Assembly: GCA_965199715.1 (NCBI GenBank) | Contig: OZ241322.1 | Location: forward strand, 576,001 to 640,000 | DNA length: 64,000 bases | Source: Vicinamibacteria bacterium | GTDB lineage: Bacteria > Acidobacteriota > Vicinamibacteria > Marinacidobacterales > Marinacidobacteraceae | Direction: 5' to 3' | Shown: positions 38,842 to 48,154 of the stretch, one piece after another | Position numbering within the stretch: position 1 is the stretch's first letter | Layout of the letters: each line of letters opens with the position of its first letter | Position numbers and translations under genes: made by a program | Notes under the pieces: model-generated | The model's input: only the letters and a program-made list of their open reading frames with translations | The model's database searches: none | What the model was told of the DNA's origin: nothing

Positions 38842-41747
38842 AATCGGTAGCCGAGTCCCAGCTTGAACCTGCGTCCCTTGGGGTTGTGGGTGAGTGAGTC
38901 GTACGCCAGCTCGTAGTTCACGAGCGGCGGGACGCTGCCCGCGAAATTCAGCGCCGACGCGGTCAGGTGGAACGCCGTGCCGGGCCACTGATACCGCGCC
39001 GTCAGGTCGAACGTGAGCCACGAGTCGATGTCGGCGTACTCGGGGCTCGTCGAGCGATCCTCGTAGCCGGAGACGAAGCGGGCGGCTCCAGTCAGGGTGA
39101 ACTCCGACTGCAGCCACGAGACGAGCGCGTGGGTCCGCAGTTTCGGCAGCGGCGGCGCGAGCGGGTTGTTGCGGTTCAGAAAACCGGCGGCCTGCTCGCC
39201 CTCGTGGACGACGACTCCCTCGACCTCGAGCGAGTCCACCGTGTAGTCGAGGGTGAGGCTGCCGTCGAGCGAAACCACGAGCGCGCCCGCGCCCATGACC
39301 CGCCGGGCGCCGAGGCGCCAGTCGAATCCCGACGTCCGGAGCCCCGGCCAGTTGATCCGGCGGATGCGGATCCGCTCGATGTCCACCGGATCGCAACTTC
39401 CGTCGGTGCGTCCGCCCGGGCAACTGACGAACTGCTGGACCCGCGCGCGAGTCGCGGGATCGGCGTAGGCTGACGCGATCCCCGAGTGCGGGATCGTCCC
39501 GATCGGGTTCCGCAGGTCGAAGCTCCAAAGATCGAACGCCGCCTCGAACGCCGCGTCGCCGCCGAGCACGAGGCCGAAGTTCCAAGTGAACGCCTCCTCG
39601 GGGACGAGGCCGCTGTCGCCGGAGTCGTCGATCGCCTTCCACGTCCCGCTCGCCGCGACCCAATCCTGGAACGTGGAGAGATCCTCGTTCACGTCGTCCA
39701 GCGAGGGCGTGCGGAACGTGGTCTGCACCGTCCCGCGCAGCGAGACGAGGTCGCCGAGCTTCCAGATCGCCGCCAGCTTGGGGTCGAAGCTATCGGCGAA
39801 GTCGTACCGCTCGTAGTGCGCGGCGACCTGCACGTCGAGCGACTCGCCGAGCTTGAGCGCGAGCTCGGAGAACGCCGCGTAGGTTCGCTGGTCGGCGCGG
39901 TAGGGGTTTTGCGCCGACGTGAACGTGAACGGCCCGGTCTGGACCGGGCAGCCCCGATCGCCGGGGGCCGCGCACGGATGAAGCTGCAGGTTCCCGGCGT
40001 CGTTCGGCTCGGCGCTCGCCGAGACCCGGCGGAACTGGGTTCCGACGGCGACGGTCGCCCGGTCGCTCAATGCCCGGCTCACGGTGGCGTCGGCGGTGAA
40101 GACGTCCGAAACCCCGTGGATCTCCACCCGGTCATGGATCCACTCGAGGAGTTCGGGAGCGTTGCCGAGCCCCGCGGCGTACTGCGGATTCGGGGATTCC
40201 TCGAACGCGGCGCCCGGCTGCGCGGAGTACTGGATTGAGTTGCCGAAGGGGTTGAACCAGTGGCAACTCCCCCGCCCGGCGCCGACTCCGTCGGGGATCG
40301 GTCCGAGGGCCATCCGCGAAGGCGCGTTCGGGTCCGGGACCACGCTCACGCCGCAGTCGGGCCCTCCGAACCCCCGGAACGCGAGGAACTTGCGCCAGCC
40401 GTACTCAGCGGGAATGGGGACGGACGAGGTCGCGCGGGCGTACACCGCGCCGAGCTCCCAGCCGACGCCGCTCACGCCGAGCTCGCCGCCGAGCGAGGCG
40501 GCCAGCCGGCCGGTCGCGTTGCCCCGGTCGAGCTTCCGGCCCGGCCCGGCGTTGCCGACGAGCCGTCCGAAGAAGTACCAGGGATCGGCGTCGCCCGCGA
40601 GGTCCAGCAAGCCGCCGGCGGAATCCCGGATTTGGGGTTGGGCCGCGACGAACGCCTGGCGTCCGGGGTGGTTCGCGGGTACGATCTGGAGCTCGTCCAA
40701 AAGAGAAATGGGCGGGAAGGACGGCGTGGTCACCCAGTCGTTGGAGCGGGCGTCGGCGTACAGCCCCTCGACCTGGAACCACCCGCGCTCCCCGAGATGG
40801 CCATGAACCTCGGCCATGCCGCGCAGGTGGCGAGCGGGGGCGATCAGGTCGTCCCAGGGCTGGTAGCGGAACCGGCAGGTGCGCGAGCCGGGATCGGGAT
40901 GGCCGCCGAGCGCCTCGCACTGAGGATCGAGGAATCGGGGCGCTTCGGCGAGGCCGGCCGCGTCGAGTCCGCCTCGGGCGGGAACGATGAACGCGCCCGG
41001 ATTGCCGGTGCCCGACCAGCCCCAGCCCCAGTTCGGATAGTCGCGCAGGACCCAGTCGCGCTCGGCGGCCTCGAGGCGGCCCCGTCGCTCGTACTCGAAC
41101 GATGCGGTCAGGTTGGTCTCCCCGAAACGCCGGCCCCAGATCCCGCCGAAGGAGGAGTCGCCCGAGCCGGAGAACGCCTCGTGCGAGGCGTGGATCTCGA
41201 GACCCTCGAAGTCGCTGCGGGTCACGAAGTTCACGACCCCAGCGATCGCGTCCGATCCGTAGATCGCCCCGGCCCCCTCCTTCAGCACGTCGAGGCGCTC
41301 GATCGCGATGGACGGGATCGAGTTCACGTCCACGAAACGGCCGCCGGCGAGCTTCACCGGCACGCCGGCGCTGCGCCGCCCGTTGATGAGCACGAGGGTG
41401 CGCGAGGCGCCGAGCCCGCGCAGGTTCACGTTGGCGATCGTCTCCGGGAGGGCCGCGCCGCCGCCTGCGAACCAACTGTTCACCTCGCCCAGCACGCCGC
41501 TGCTCACGGTCAGGTTCTTGAAGAGATCCGAGAGATGCGGCGTTCCCTGCTGCTCGAGGATCGTGCGGCTCACGACATGGACCGAGCCCGGCGAGTCGAT
41601 CGGGGTCTCCCGGATGGCGGTGCCGGTGACCTGGACTTCCTCGGTATGGCGGATCGCGGTGGGGCCGGGCTCCTCGGGCTCTTCCTCCTCCTGCTCCTGC
41701 GCGAACGCCGGTCCGGCGAGGAGCAGCAGGACGAGGAACCGGCGCAC
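38838..41747 (-). CDS. TonB-dependent receptor
   Basis: Signal peptide, EEVQVTG TonB-box region, NLRGLGASRTLVLINGRR, IERLDVLKEGAGAIYGSDAIAGVVN, C-terminal YRF. Confidence 0.93.
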   Translation of the reverse strand: MRRFLVLLLLAGPAFAQEQEEEEPEEPGPTAIRHTEEVQVTGTAIRETPIDSPGSVHVVSRTILEQQGTPHLSDLFKNLTVSSGVLGEVNSWFAGGGAALPETIANVNLRGLGASRTLVLINGRRSAGVPVKLAGGRFVDVNSIPSIAIERLDVLKEGAGAIYGSDAIAGVVNFVTRSDFEGLEIHASHEAFSGSGDSSFGGIWGRRFGETNLTASFEYERRGRLEAAERDWVLRDYPNWGWGWSGTGNPGAFIVPARGGLDAAGLAEAPRFLDPQCEALGGHPDPGSRTCRFRYQPWDDLIAPARHLRGMAEVHGHLGERGWFQVEGLYADARSNDWVTTPSFPPISLLDELQIVPANHPGRQAFVAAQPQIRDSAGGLLDLAGDADPWYFFGRLVGNAGPGRKLDRGNATGRLAASLGGELGVSGVGWELGAVYARATSSVPIPAEYGWRKFLAFRGFGGPDCGVSVVPDPNAPSRMALGPIPDGVGAGRGSCHWFNPFGNSIQYSAQPGAAFEESPNPQYAAGLGNAPELLEWIHDRVEIHGVSDVFTADATVSRALSDRATVAVGTQFRRVSASAEPNDAGNLQLHPCAAPGDRGCPVQTGPFTFTSAQNPYRADQRTYAAFSELALKLGESLDVQVAAHYERYDFADSFDPKLAAIWKLGDLVSLRGTVQTTFRTPSLDDVNEDLSTFQDWVAASGTWKAIDDSGDSGLVPEEAFTWNFGLVLGGDAAFEAAFDLWSFDLRNPIGTIPHSGIASAYADPATRARVQQFVSCPGGRTDGSCDPVDIERIRIRRINWPGLRTSGFDWRLGARRVMGAGALVVSLDGSLTLDYTVDSLEVEGVVVHEGEQAAGFLNRNNPLAPPLPKLRTHALVSWLQSEFTLTGAARFVSGYEDRSTSPEYADIDSWLTFDLTARYQWPGTAFHLTASALNFAGSVPPLVNYELAYDSLTHNPKGRRFKLGLGYRF

Positions 41748-41757
41748 GGCCGGGAGC

Positions 41758-43242
41758 TTACCTCGGAGGAAACAGGCGGGAGAGGTCGCGCGGCAGGTCG
41801 CTCATCCGCCATGCCGACCCGGCGAGCGGCACGAGCGTGCGCTCGAAACCGAGCGCCCGGAACGGCTCGAGAAGCGCCCCGTCCTGCGAGAAGACGTGGA
41901 TGGGAACCGCCCAGGCGTCGCTGTCGTGGAGCGACAGCTTCGGCGGCTGATGGTCGCCGACGACGACCACGAGCGCCCGGCGGGACGCGAGGTCGCGGAG
42001 AAACCCGCCGAGGATGCGCATCTCGTACGAGAGGCTCGCGGCGTAGCGATCCGAAAGCTCCTCGAGGTCGCGCCAGTCGTCGTGGGCCACCGACCGGATC
42101 GGGCCGGCGAAAGCGGTCCCCTCGTCGAACCGGCTCCACGGCGTCACGTAGGGCGGGACCGGCCAGTAGGGGATGTGGCTCATGATGAGCGAGACCTTGG
42201 CGAACACCGGGCGGGCCGCCCGCGCCAGTTCCTGCTGGTGGAGCGCGTAGAGCGTGAACTGGTCGGGGACGCCCCACCAGCCGATGCGCGGACCGTCCCA
42301 GCCGATTCCGGCGCGGTCGCGGGTTTCCTCGAATCCGTACCACGCGCCGTCCGGCCAGAACCCGGAGATGCCGGGCTCGTAGGCGACCGTCCGGTAGCCG
42401 GCCGCGCCGAATCGGCGGACAAGGCTTTCCCGGTCCGAGCGCACGAGCGACCGGTAGCGGGCCTCGGAGTCGATCCAGACCCCCGAAAGGAGCGAGGCGT
42501 GCGCCCGCCACGATCCCCCGCCGAAGGTCGGGCTCTGGATCTGCGCCGAAAGGAATCCGAACCCCCCGGCGGCGGCGTCCTCGGCGAGCCGCGCGAACGC
42601 CGGTCCCAACCCGGGCTCGTCGAGGGCGGCGACCCCGTAGGACTCGACGAAGACGATCACGACGTCGGCGCCGCCCAGATCCGGGGCGGGCGGCAGCGCC
42701 GGCTCGGTCAGCGGCGGCGGGCGGTCCAGAAGCGGCGCGAGCGCGATCCGGGTCGCGGCGGCCGCTCCCGATCCGACCGGAGACAGCAGCGCGAGCGCCG
42801 CGACCGCGCCGGCGATCGCGCGCGTCCGGGCCGAGGCGCTCGCGGCGGCCTCGGCCAGCGCCCGGACCGCCCGCTCGCCGAGGAACGCGAGCGCGCCGCC
42901 GAGGACGATCCCGCCGAGCGCCCAGATCGGCAGGGTCACGCCCAGCATGGAGGCGACCGCGCCTACGTGCGGCAGGTCGCCGACCGGATCCAGCGGACGC
43001 CCGAGGAACCCGAGCGCGATTCCCTCGGCGAGCCGGGCCGAAGCGAGGATCAGCAGGAGACCCGAAGCGCCCAGCCGGACGCCTCGGCTTGCGAATCGGC
43101 CCGGCGCGACGATGAGCACGAGCGCGAGGCCGGCCAGATCGGGGCTCGGCGCCAACGACGGCGCGATCCATGGCGGATCGAAGCGCACGCCCATTCCGAG
43201 CGCGAGGTGCAGCCCGGCGAGCGCGGTCGCGGCGTTCCTCAA
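41758..43242 (-). CDS. membrane-anchored sulfatase / alkaline-phosphatase-superfamily protein
   Basis: N-terminal TMs, VIVFVESYG, SPTFGGGSWRAH, SHIPY, GDHQP; TTG start overlaps the upstream stop. Confidence 0.75.
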   Translation of the reverse strand: MRNAATALAGLHLALGMGVRFDPPWIAPSLAPSPDLAGLALVLIVAPGRFASRGVRLGASGLLLILASARLAEGIALGFLGRPLDPVGDLPHVGAVASMLGVTLPIWALGGIVLGGALAFLGERAVRALAEAAASASARTRAIAGAVAALALLSPVGSGAAAATRIALAPLLDRPPPLTEPALPPAPDLGGADVVIVFVESYGVAALDEPGLGPAFARLAEDAAAGGFGFLSAQIQSPTFGGGSWRAHASLLSGVWIDSEARYRSLVRSDRESLVRRFGAAGYRTVAYEPGISGFWPDGAWYGFEETRDRAGIGWDGPRIGWWGVPDQFTLYALHQQELARAARPVFAKVSLIMSHIPYWPVPPYVTPWSRFDEGTAFAGPIRSVAHDDWRDLEELSDRYAASLSYEMRILGGFLRDLASRRALVVVVGDHQPPKLSLHDSDAWAVPIHVFSQDGALLEPFRALGFERTLVPLAGSAWRMSDLPRDLSRLFPPR

Positions 43243-44300
43243 AGCGCGTCGAGGCCGAGCAGCAGGTGCGCCGCGACGTACAGGAAGGCGTCCTCGGGAA
43301 TCCGCTCCTCGACGGCGTTCGTCGCGAGAAACCCCCGGAAGACGTCCAGCGACCGCCGGTCGCCCGCGCGCGCCGCGAGCTCGACGAGCGTGCCCCAGAT
43401 CTCGACGCCGGGGCGCTTGCTCCGGGCGTCCTCGCCGGTGCGGCCGTAATAGGCGAGGCGTAGGCCCGGCATCCTCCCGGCGCAGAAGTCGAGCACGGAG
43501 GCCGCCACTTCGGGGGCGCCGTGGGCGGCGTGGAGCGCGACCGCCGCCGCGTTCGAGGTCTGGACGATGTCGTTCGGCGAATACAGCAGCGTCCGCTCGT
43601 CGTCGTACAGCGTCGCCATCTCCGGCTGGAACACGTCGTAGAGCAGCCCCGCCGGCGTCGCCGCGGCGCGCACCACCCGGTAGCTCTCCCGCGCGAGGTG
43701 CGCCAGGTCCTCGCGGCGTTCCGCGCGGGCGACGCGGGCGACGTGGTCGGGGGCGTAGTCCACGAGGAACGAGTTCGTCGCGAAGTCCCGGCTGCGGAAG
43801 TTGAAGTAATTCCGCACGAGGAGCAGGTCCGTCCCGCGCGCGGGCCCGGCGTGCCGCAGGTAGCCGTCGAGGATCAGCACGGAGAGCTCCCGGTCGCCCG
43901 GTTCGCCGAACGCCTCGGCCGTCTCCCACAGGCCCTCCGAGATCCGAAGCGCTTCGGTCGTGCCCGAAGCGTCGGGCTCGGCGGCTTCGGGGGGCACCCG
44001 CCAGAGCGCGAATCCCCGGGTGAAAGGATCGTCGGGGTCGTCCACGATGAGCCGGCGCACGGCGAAGTCCCGCAGCGCGTCGGCCATCTCGCGGTCTTGG
44101 TAGCGGGCGGCCACCTTGAGGAGCTCGCCTATGTCCACGGCGTAGATGAACCCGTCGCCACGGACGAGATCGCCCCGCAGCACCCGCGCCCGGACCCCGG
44201 CGTGGAGCGCGTCCCGAACCGCCGTCACTTCGTCCGCGGGCGGCCACCCCGAGCGGCACGCCGTCGCCCCGAGCAGGACGAACAGGACGAGCCTAGTCAG
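43239..44300 (-). CDS. putative lipoprotein with GH8-like (alpha/alpha)6 features
   Basis: In-frame extension upstream of GTG 44228 gives LTRLVLFVLLGATAC (lipobox) from a CTG at 44300; DASGTTEALRISEGLWETAEAFGEP resembles the GH8 A.DGDL.IA.AL..A...W segment. Confidence 0.55.
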   Translation of the reverse strand: MTRLVLFVLLGATACRSGWPPADEVTAVRDALHAGVRARVLRGDLVRGDGFIYAVDIGELLKVAARYQDREMADALRDFAVRRLIVDDPDDPFTRGFALWRVPPEAAEPDASGTTEALRISEGLWETAEAFGEPGDRELSVLILDGYLRHAGPARGTDLLLVRNYFNFRSRDFATNSFLVDYAPDHVARVARAERREDLAHLARESYRVVRAAATPAGLLYDVFQPEMATLYDDERTLLYSPNDIVQTSNAAAVALHAAHGAPEVAASVLDFCAGRMPGLRLAYYGRTGEDARSKRPGVEIWGTLVELAARAGDRRSLDVFRGFLATNAVEERIPEDAFLYVAAHLLLGLDAL

Positions 44301-45612
44301 GCAGGTGCTCCCGGGTGAGGTTGCGGGGACCGATCTCGGTCGCGACCACGTTGTCCTCGATGCGAACCCCGCCGTAGGGAGCGAGTTCCTCGACCACCCC
44401 CCAGTCCACGGCGGCGCCCTCGCGATGGGGACCCAGCAGGCTCTCGATGAAATAAACCCCGGGCTCGACGGTCACGACGGTGCCCCGCTCGAGGACGCGC
44501 GTCGAGCGCAGCGCCGGGTAGGCGCCCGGAGGCGGCGCCACCCTGCCTTCGGGATCGCGCAGATGACCGCCCACGTCGTGCACCTGGAGCCCGAGGAAGT
44601 GGCCGATCCCGTGCGGGAAGAACGCGCGGCTGAGGCCGGTCTCGACGGCTTCCTCGGCCGAGACCCTCAGGACGCCGCATTCGCCGAGCGCCCCGGCGAG
44701 CGCGAAGTGGGCGGCCGTATGCACCTCGGCCCAGGGGCGGCCGGCGCGAACCTCTTCGACGAGGCCGAGCTGCGCTCGCTCCACCGCCGCGACCAGCGCC
44801 CGGAAGCCCTCGCCGGCGCCGTCGCCGGCGCGGGTCCTCGTGATGTCCGAGGCGTAGCCCCGCACTTCGGCGCCGGCGTCGATGAGCAGGCTGCGGCCGG
44901 TATGCCCGCCCGCGCGCTTGCCCTCGTAGTGGAGCACCGCCCCCTTCTCGTCCAGCGCGACGATGGTCGGATAGGGAAGCTCGCCCTCGGTCCCGCCCAC
45001 GCCGACCATGAACGCGCGGTGGATGACTTCCTCGCTCCCGCCCATCCGGAACGCCGCCTCCGCCATCCGGTGGCCGCACGCCGCGACCCGGTTGGCCTCG
45101 GCGATGCAGTCGATCTCGTAGGGCGTCTTGACCGCGCGCCGCCACTCGATCCGGCTGAGGAGCGCGGGAGGGTTGCGATCGAGCCCCAGCGCGCCGGCCA
45201 GGTGGGGCGTCTCGCCGATCAGCGCGGCGCGGCGCTCCTCGAGCTCGGCGAGCAGCGCCGCGATCTGCTCCCGGCGGGAGCGACAGCGGACGATGCGGAA
45301 TCCCCCGGCCCAGAACGGGTCCTCGAGGACCGGCGGCTCGTGCCAGAAGTCGTCCGCGAGAAGCGCCATGAGCACGGGCTCGTCGCCCGGCGCCGCCAGC
45401 AGGATCTGGTCGGGAACCGCCCACGGGCAGAGATGCAGGAAGTGCGGGTTGGCGCGGAACGGGGGGGCCTGGTCGTCCCGGAAAAAGAGCCGCGGGCGGC
45501 CGGATTCCACGACGAGCGCGTCGTGGCCGACAGCCCGCAGATCGTCCGCGAGGCCGGCGAGAGCGCGCTCGAGATGCTCGCCGAAGCGGGCGGCGAGTGA
45601 GGATTCGGGCAT
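44293..45612 (-). CDS. pepQ: Xaa-Pro dipeptidase (prolidase, M24B)
   Basis: FRDDQAPPFRANPHF, LIDAGA, YASDITRT, HGIGHFLGLQVHDVGG, TVEPGVYF, GGVRIEDN. Confidence 0.93.
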   Translation of the reverse strand: MPESSLAARFGEHLERALAGLADDLRAVGHDALVVESGRPRLFFRDDQAPPFRANPHFLHLCPWAVPDQILLAAPGDEPVLMALLADDFWHEPPVLEDPFWAGGFRIVRCRSRREQIAALLAELEERRAALIGETPHLAGALGLDRNPPALLSRIEWRRAVKTPYEIDCIAEANRVAACGHRMAEAAFRMGGSEEVIHRAFMVGVGGTEGELPYPTIVALDEKGAVLHYEGKRAGGHTGRSLLIDAGAEVRGYASDITRTRAGDGAGEGFRALVAAVERAQLGLVEEVRAGRPWAEVHTAAHFALAGALGECGVLRVSAEEAVETGLSRAFFPHGIGHFLGLQVHDVGGHLRDPEGRVAPPPGAYPALRSTRVLERGTVVTVEPGVYFIESLLGPHREGAAVDWGVVEELAPYGGVRIEDNVVATEIGPRNLTREHLPD

Positions 45613-45649
45613 GGGAAGAAGGATACGGGAGCGTGCGATGATTCCTTCC

Positions 45650-46447
45650 ATGAAGGCGCGCCGGTGGCTCTTTCTCGTCCTCGCGGCGGCCTGCGGGGCC
45701 TCCGGCGGGGCGCCGCCCCCCTCCCCCTCGCCTCCGCCGCCGGAGCCGCAGACCCCGGTGGACGGCTATCGGATCGTCCGCGAGTACCCCCACGACCGGG
45801 GCGCGTTCACCCAGGGCCTGTTCTTCCACGAGGGCGCGCTCTACGAGAGCACCGGCCTGCACGGCGAGTCCACGCTGCGGCGGGTCGAGCTCGAGACCGG
45901 AGACGTGCTCGCCCAGCACCGCCTGCTCCCGAATTTCTTCGGCGAGGGTTCGGCGATCGCCGACGGCCGCATCCACATGCTGACGTGGAGGGCCGGCGTC
46001 GGGTTCATCCACGACCCCGACTCGTTCCGACTGCTCGGCGAGTTCCGCTACGCCGGAGAAGGCTGGGGGCTGACGTACGACGGGCGGCTCCTCGTGATGA
46101 GCGACGGAACCCACGTGCTTCGTTTCCGCGATCCGGCGACCCACCGCGAGGTGCGCGAGCTTCCCGTGTACGACCGGGGGCGGCCGGTCGCCGGCCTCAA
46201 CGAGCTGGAGTGGATCGACGGGGAGATCTGGGCGAACCTGTGGACCGAGGATCGGCTCGCCCGCATCGACCCGGAGTCCGGCCAGGTGCTCCGGTTCGTG
46301 GACCTGACCGGATTGCTTCCGGCGTCCGCGCGGCGGGCCGACACCGACGTGCTGAACGGCATCGCGTGGGACGCGGAGTCGCGGCGGCTCTTCGTCACCG
46401 GCAAGAAATGGCCCACCCTGTTCGAGATCAAGATCGCGCCGCAGTGA
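45650..46447 (+). CDS. glutaminyl-peptide cyclotransferase (type I QC), lipoprotein
   Basis: LAAAC lipobox, Pro linker, PHDRGAFTQGL, ESTG, FGEG, GEGWGLT, LNELE, DVLNGIA, TGKKWP. Confidence 0.93.
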   Translation: MKARRWLFLVLAAACGASGGAPPPSPSPPPPEPQTPVDGYRIVREYPHDRGAFTQGLFFHEGALYESTGLHGESTLRRVELETGDVLAQHRLLPNFFGEGSAIADGRIHMLTWRAGVGFIHDPDSFRLLGEFRYAGEGWGLTYDGRLLVMSDGTHVLRFRDPATHREVRELPVYDRGRPVAGLNELEWIDGEIWANLWTEDRLARIDPESGQVLRFVDLTGLLPASARRADTDVLNGIAWDAESRRLFVTGKKWPTLFEIKIAPQ

Positions 46448-46671
46448 AGCGCCGACACCGGGCCGGGTTCTGGATCGGCCTCGCCATCATGCTGCTGAGC
46501 GTCTGGCCGCTCTACCCGCTGCTCGCGGGAATCGAGCCCCGGGTCCTCGGCATGCCGATGTCGATGTTCTGGCTGGTCCTCATGGTGGCCGCGGTGTTCT
46601 TCACCTTCCTCGCCGTCTTCCGCGCGGACCGGGAGGACGACGCCGCGCTCGACGAGGAGTACCGGCGGTAG
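46444..46671 (+). CDS. small two-TM symporter accessory protein (DUF3311/DUF485-like)
   Basis: GTG overlaps the QC stop; WPLY...IEPRVLGMP..MFW; immediately precedes a sodium:solute symporter. Confidence 0.75.
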   Translation: MKRRHRAGFWIGLAIMLLSVWPLYPLLAGIEPRVLGMPMSMFWLVLMVAAVFFTFLAVFRADREDDAALDEEYRR

Positions 46672-46674
46672 CCC

Positions 46675-48150
46675 ATGGACGCCTGGCTCGTCGTCTTCCT
46701 GACGACGCTCGCCTACCTCGGGGCGACCCTCGCCGTGGGCCTGTTCTCCGGGCGGCAGGCGACGAACACCCCGGAGGGATACGTCGCGGGCGACCGGAAC
46801 CTCGGGTTCGTGGTGCTGTATTTCGTGATGGGCGCCTCGATCTACAGCGCCTTCGCGTTCCTCGGCGCGCCGGGGTGGGCGTACTCGCGCGGCGCCGCCG
46901 CGTTCTACATCGTCTCCTACGGGACGGTGGGTCTGCTCCCGTGGTACTTCCTCGGCCCGCGGATCGCGCTGCTCGGGAAGCGCTTCGGCTTCGTCACCCA
47001 GGCCGAGTTCTTCGCGCATCGCTTCGAGAGCCCGCGAGCGCTGCCCGGCATCATGGCCGTCGTCAGCGCGGTCTCGCTCGTGCCGTACCTCGTGATCCAG
47101 ATGAAGGGGGCGGGATACGTCTTCTCGGTGGTGACCGAGGGGCGAATGCCCGAGTGGGCGGGGGCGGCGCTCGCCTACGGGGTCGTCCTGATCTACGTCG
47201 TCCGCAGCGGAGTCGTGGGGGTCGGCTGGACGAACACCTTTCAGGGCGTGCTGATGCTCGGACTCGCGTGGTGCCTCGGCCTGTACCTCCCGTACAAGCT
47301 GCACGACGGGATCGGCCCGATGTTCGACAGGCTCGTCGCCTCGGCCCCCGAGATGCTGGTCGCGCCCGGACTCGACGCCGGCGGCGCCGTCTGGAGCCAT
47401 GGGGCCTACTCCAGCGCGATCCTCGTCTCGATCCTCGGGTTCTCGGTCTGGCCCCACTACTTCATGAAGATCTACGCGACCCGCAGCATCCGCTCGCTGA
47501 AGCGGATGGTGGTCTTCTTCCCCACGTTCCAGGTCTTCCTGATCCCGGTGCTGCTCATCGGGTTCGCGGCCGTGACCGCGTATCCCGGCGTCTGGCCCTC
47601 CGACACGATCCTGCCGACCATGCTCATGGACCTGGATCTTCCGGCGCTCGTGATCGGGCTGTTCTGCGCCGGGGCGCTCGCCGCCTCGATGAGTTCGGGC
47701 GACGCCATCCTCCACGCCGGGGCGTCCGTCCTCGTCCGGGACCTCGAGCGCCCGCTACGCCGCCGGAAGCGGAGCGAGGCCGCCGAGACCCGGCTCATCC
47801 GCTGGGCCGCGTTCGGGATGGGAGCGCTGGCCTATTACCTGGCGATCGGCTCGGAGGCCTCCCTCGTGGGCCTCCTGCTCATGTCCTACGGCGCGATCGC
47901 CCAGTTCTTCCCGCTACTCATCGCGGCGATGTTCTGGAGGCGGGCCACCCGCGCGGGCGCGATCTCGGGCCTCGTCGCCGGCTGCGCCGTCGCGCTCCTG
48001 CTCAACATCTGGCCGCAGTTCGCGTTCTTCGGCGTCCACCCGGGAATCTGGGGGGCGCTCGTCAACGTGCTCGTCCTCGCGGGGGTCTCGCGCGCCACAA
48101 GGCCCCCTGACGAGGACCGCATCGCTCCGTATCTGATGCGGCAGGCCTGA
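46675..48150 (+). CDS. sodium:solute symporter family protein
   Basis: YVAGDRNLG, SAFAFLGAPG, WTNTFQG, AASMSSGD; about 13 TMs. Confidence 0.93.
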   Translation: MDAWLVVFLTTLAYLGATLAVGLFSGRQATNTPEGYVAGDRNLGFVVLYFVMGASIYSAFAFLGAPGWAYSRGAAAFYIVSYGTVGLLPWYFLGPRIALLGKRFGFVTQAEFFAHRFESPRALPGIMAVVSAVSLVPYLVIQMKGAGYVFSVVTEGRMPEWAGAALAYGVVLIYVVRSGVVGVGWTNTFQGVLMLGLAWCLGLYLPYKLHDGIGPMFDRLVASAPEMLVAPGLDAGGAVWSHGAYSSAILVSILGFSVWPHYFMKIYATRSIRSLKRMVVFFPTFQVFLIPVLLIGFAAVTAYPGVWPSDTILPTMLMDLDLPALVIGLFCAGALAASMSSGDAILHAGASVLVRDLERPLRRRKRSEAAETRLIRWAAFGMGALAYYLAIGSEASLVGLLLMSYGAIAQFFPLLIAAMFWRRATRAGAISGLVAGCAVALLLNIWPQFAFFGVHPGIWGALVNVLVLAGVSRATRPPDEDRIAPYLMRQA

Positions 48151-48154
48151 CTCC

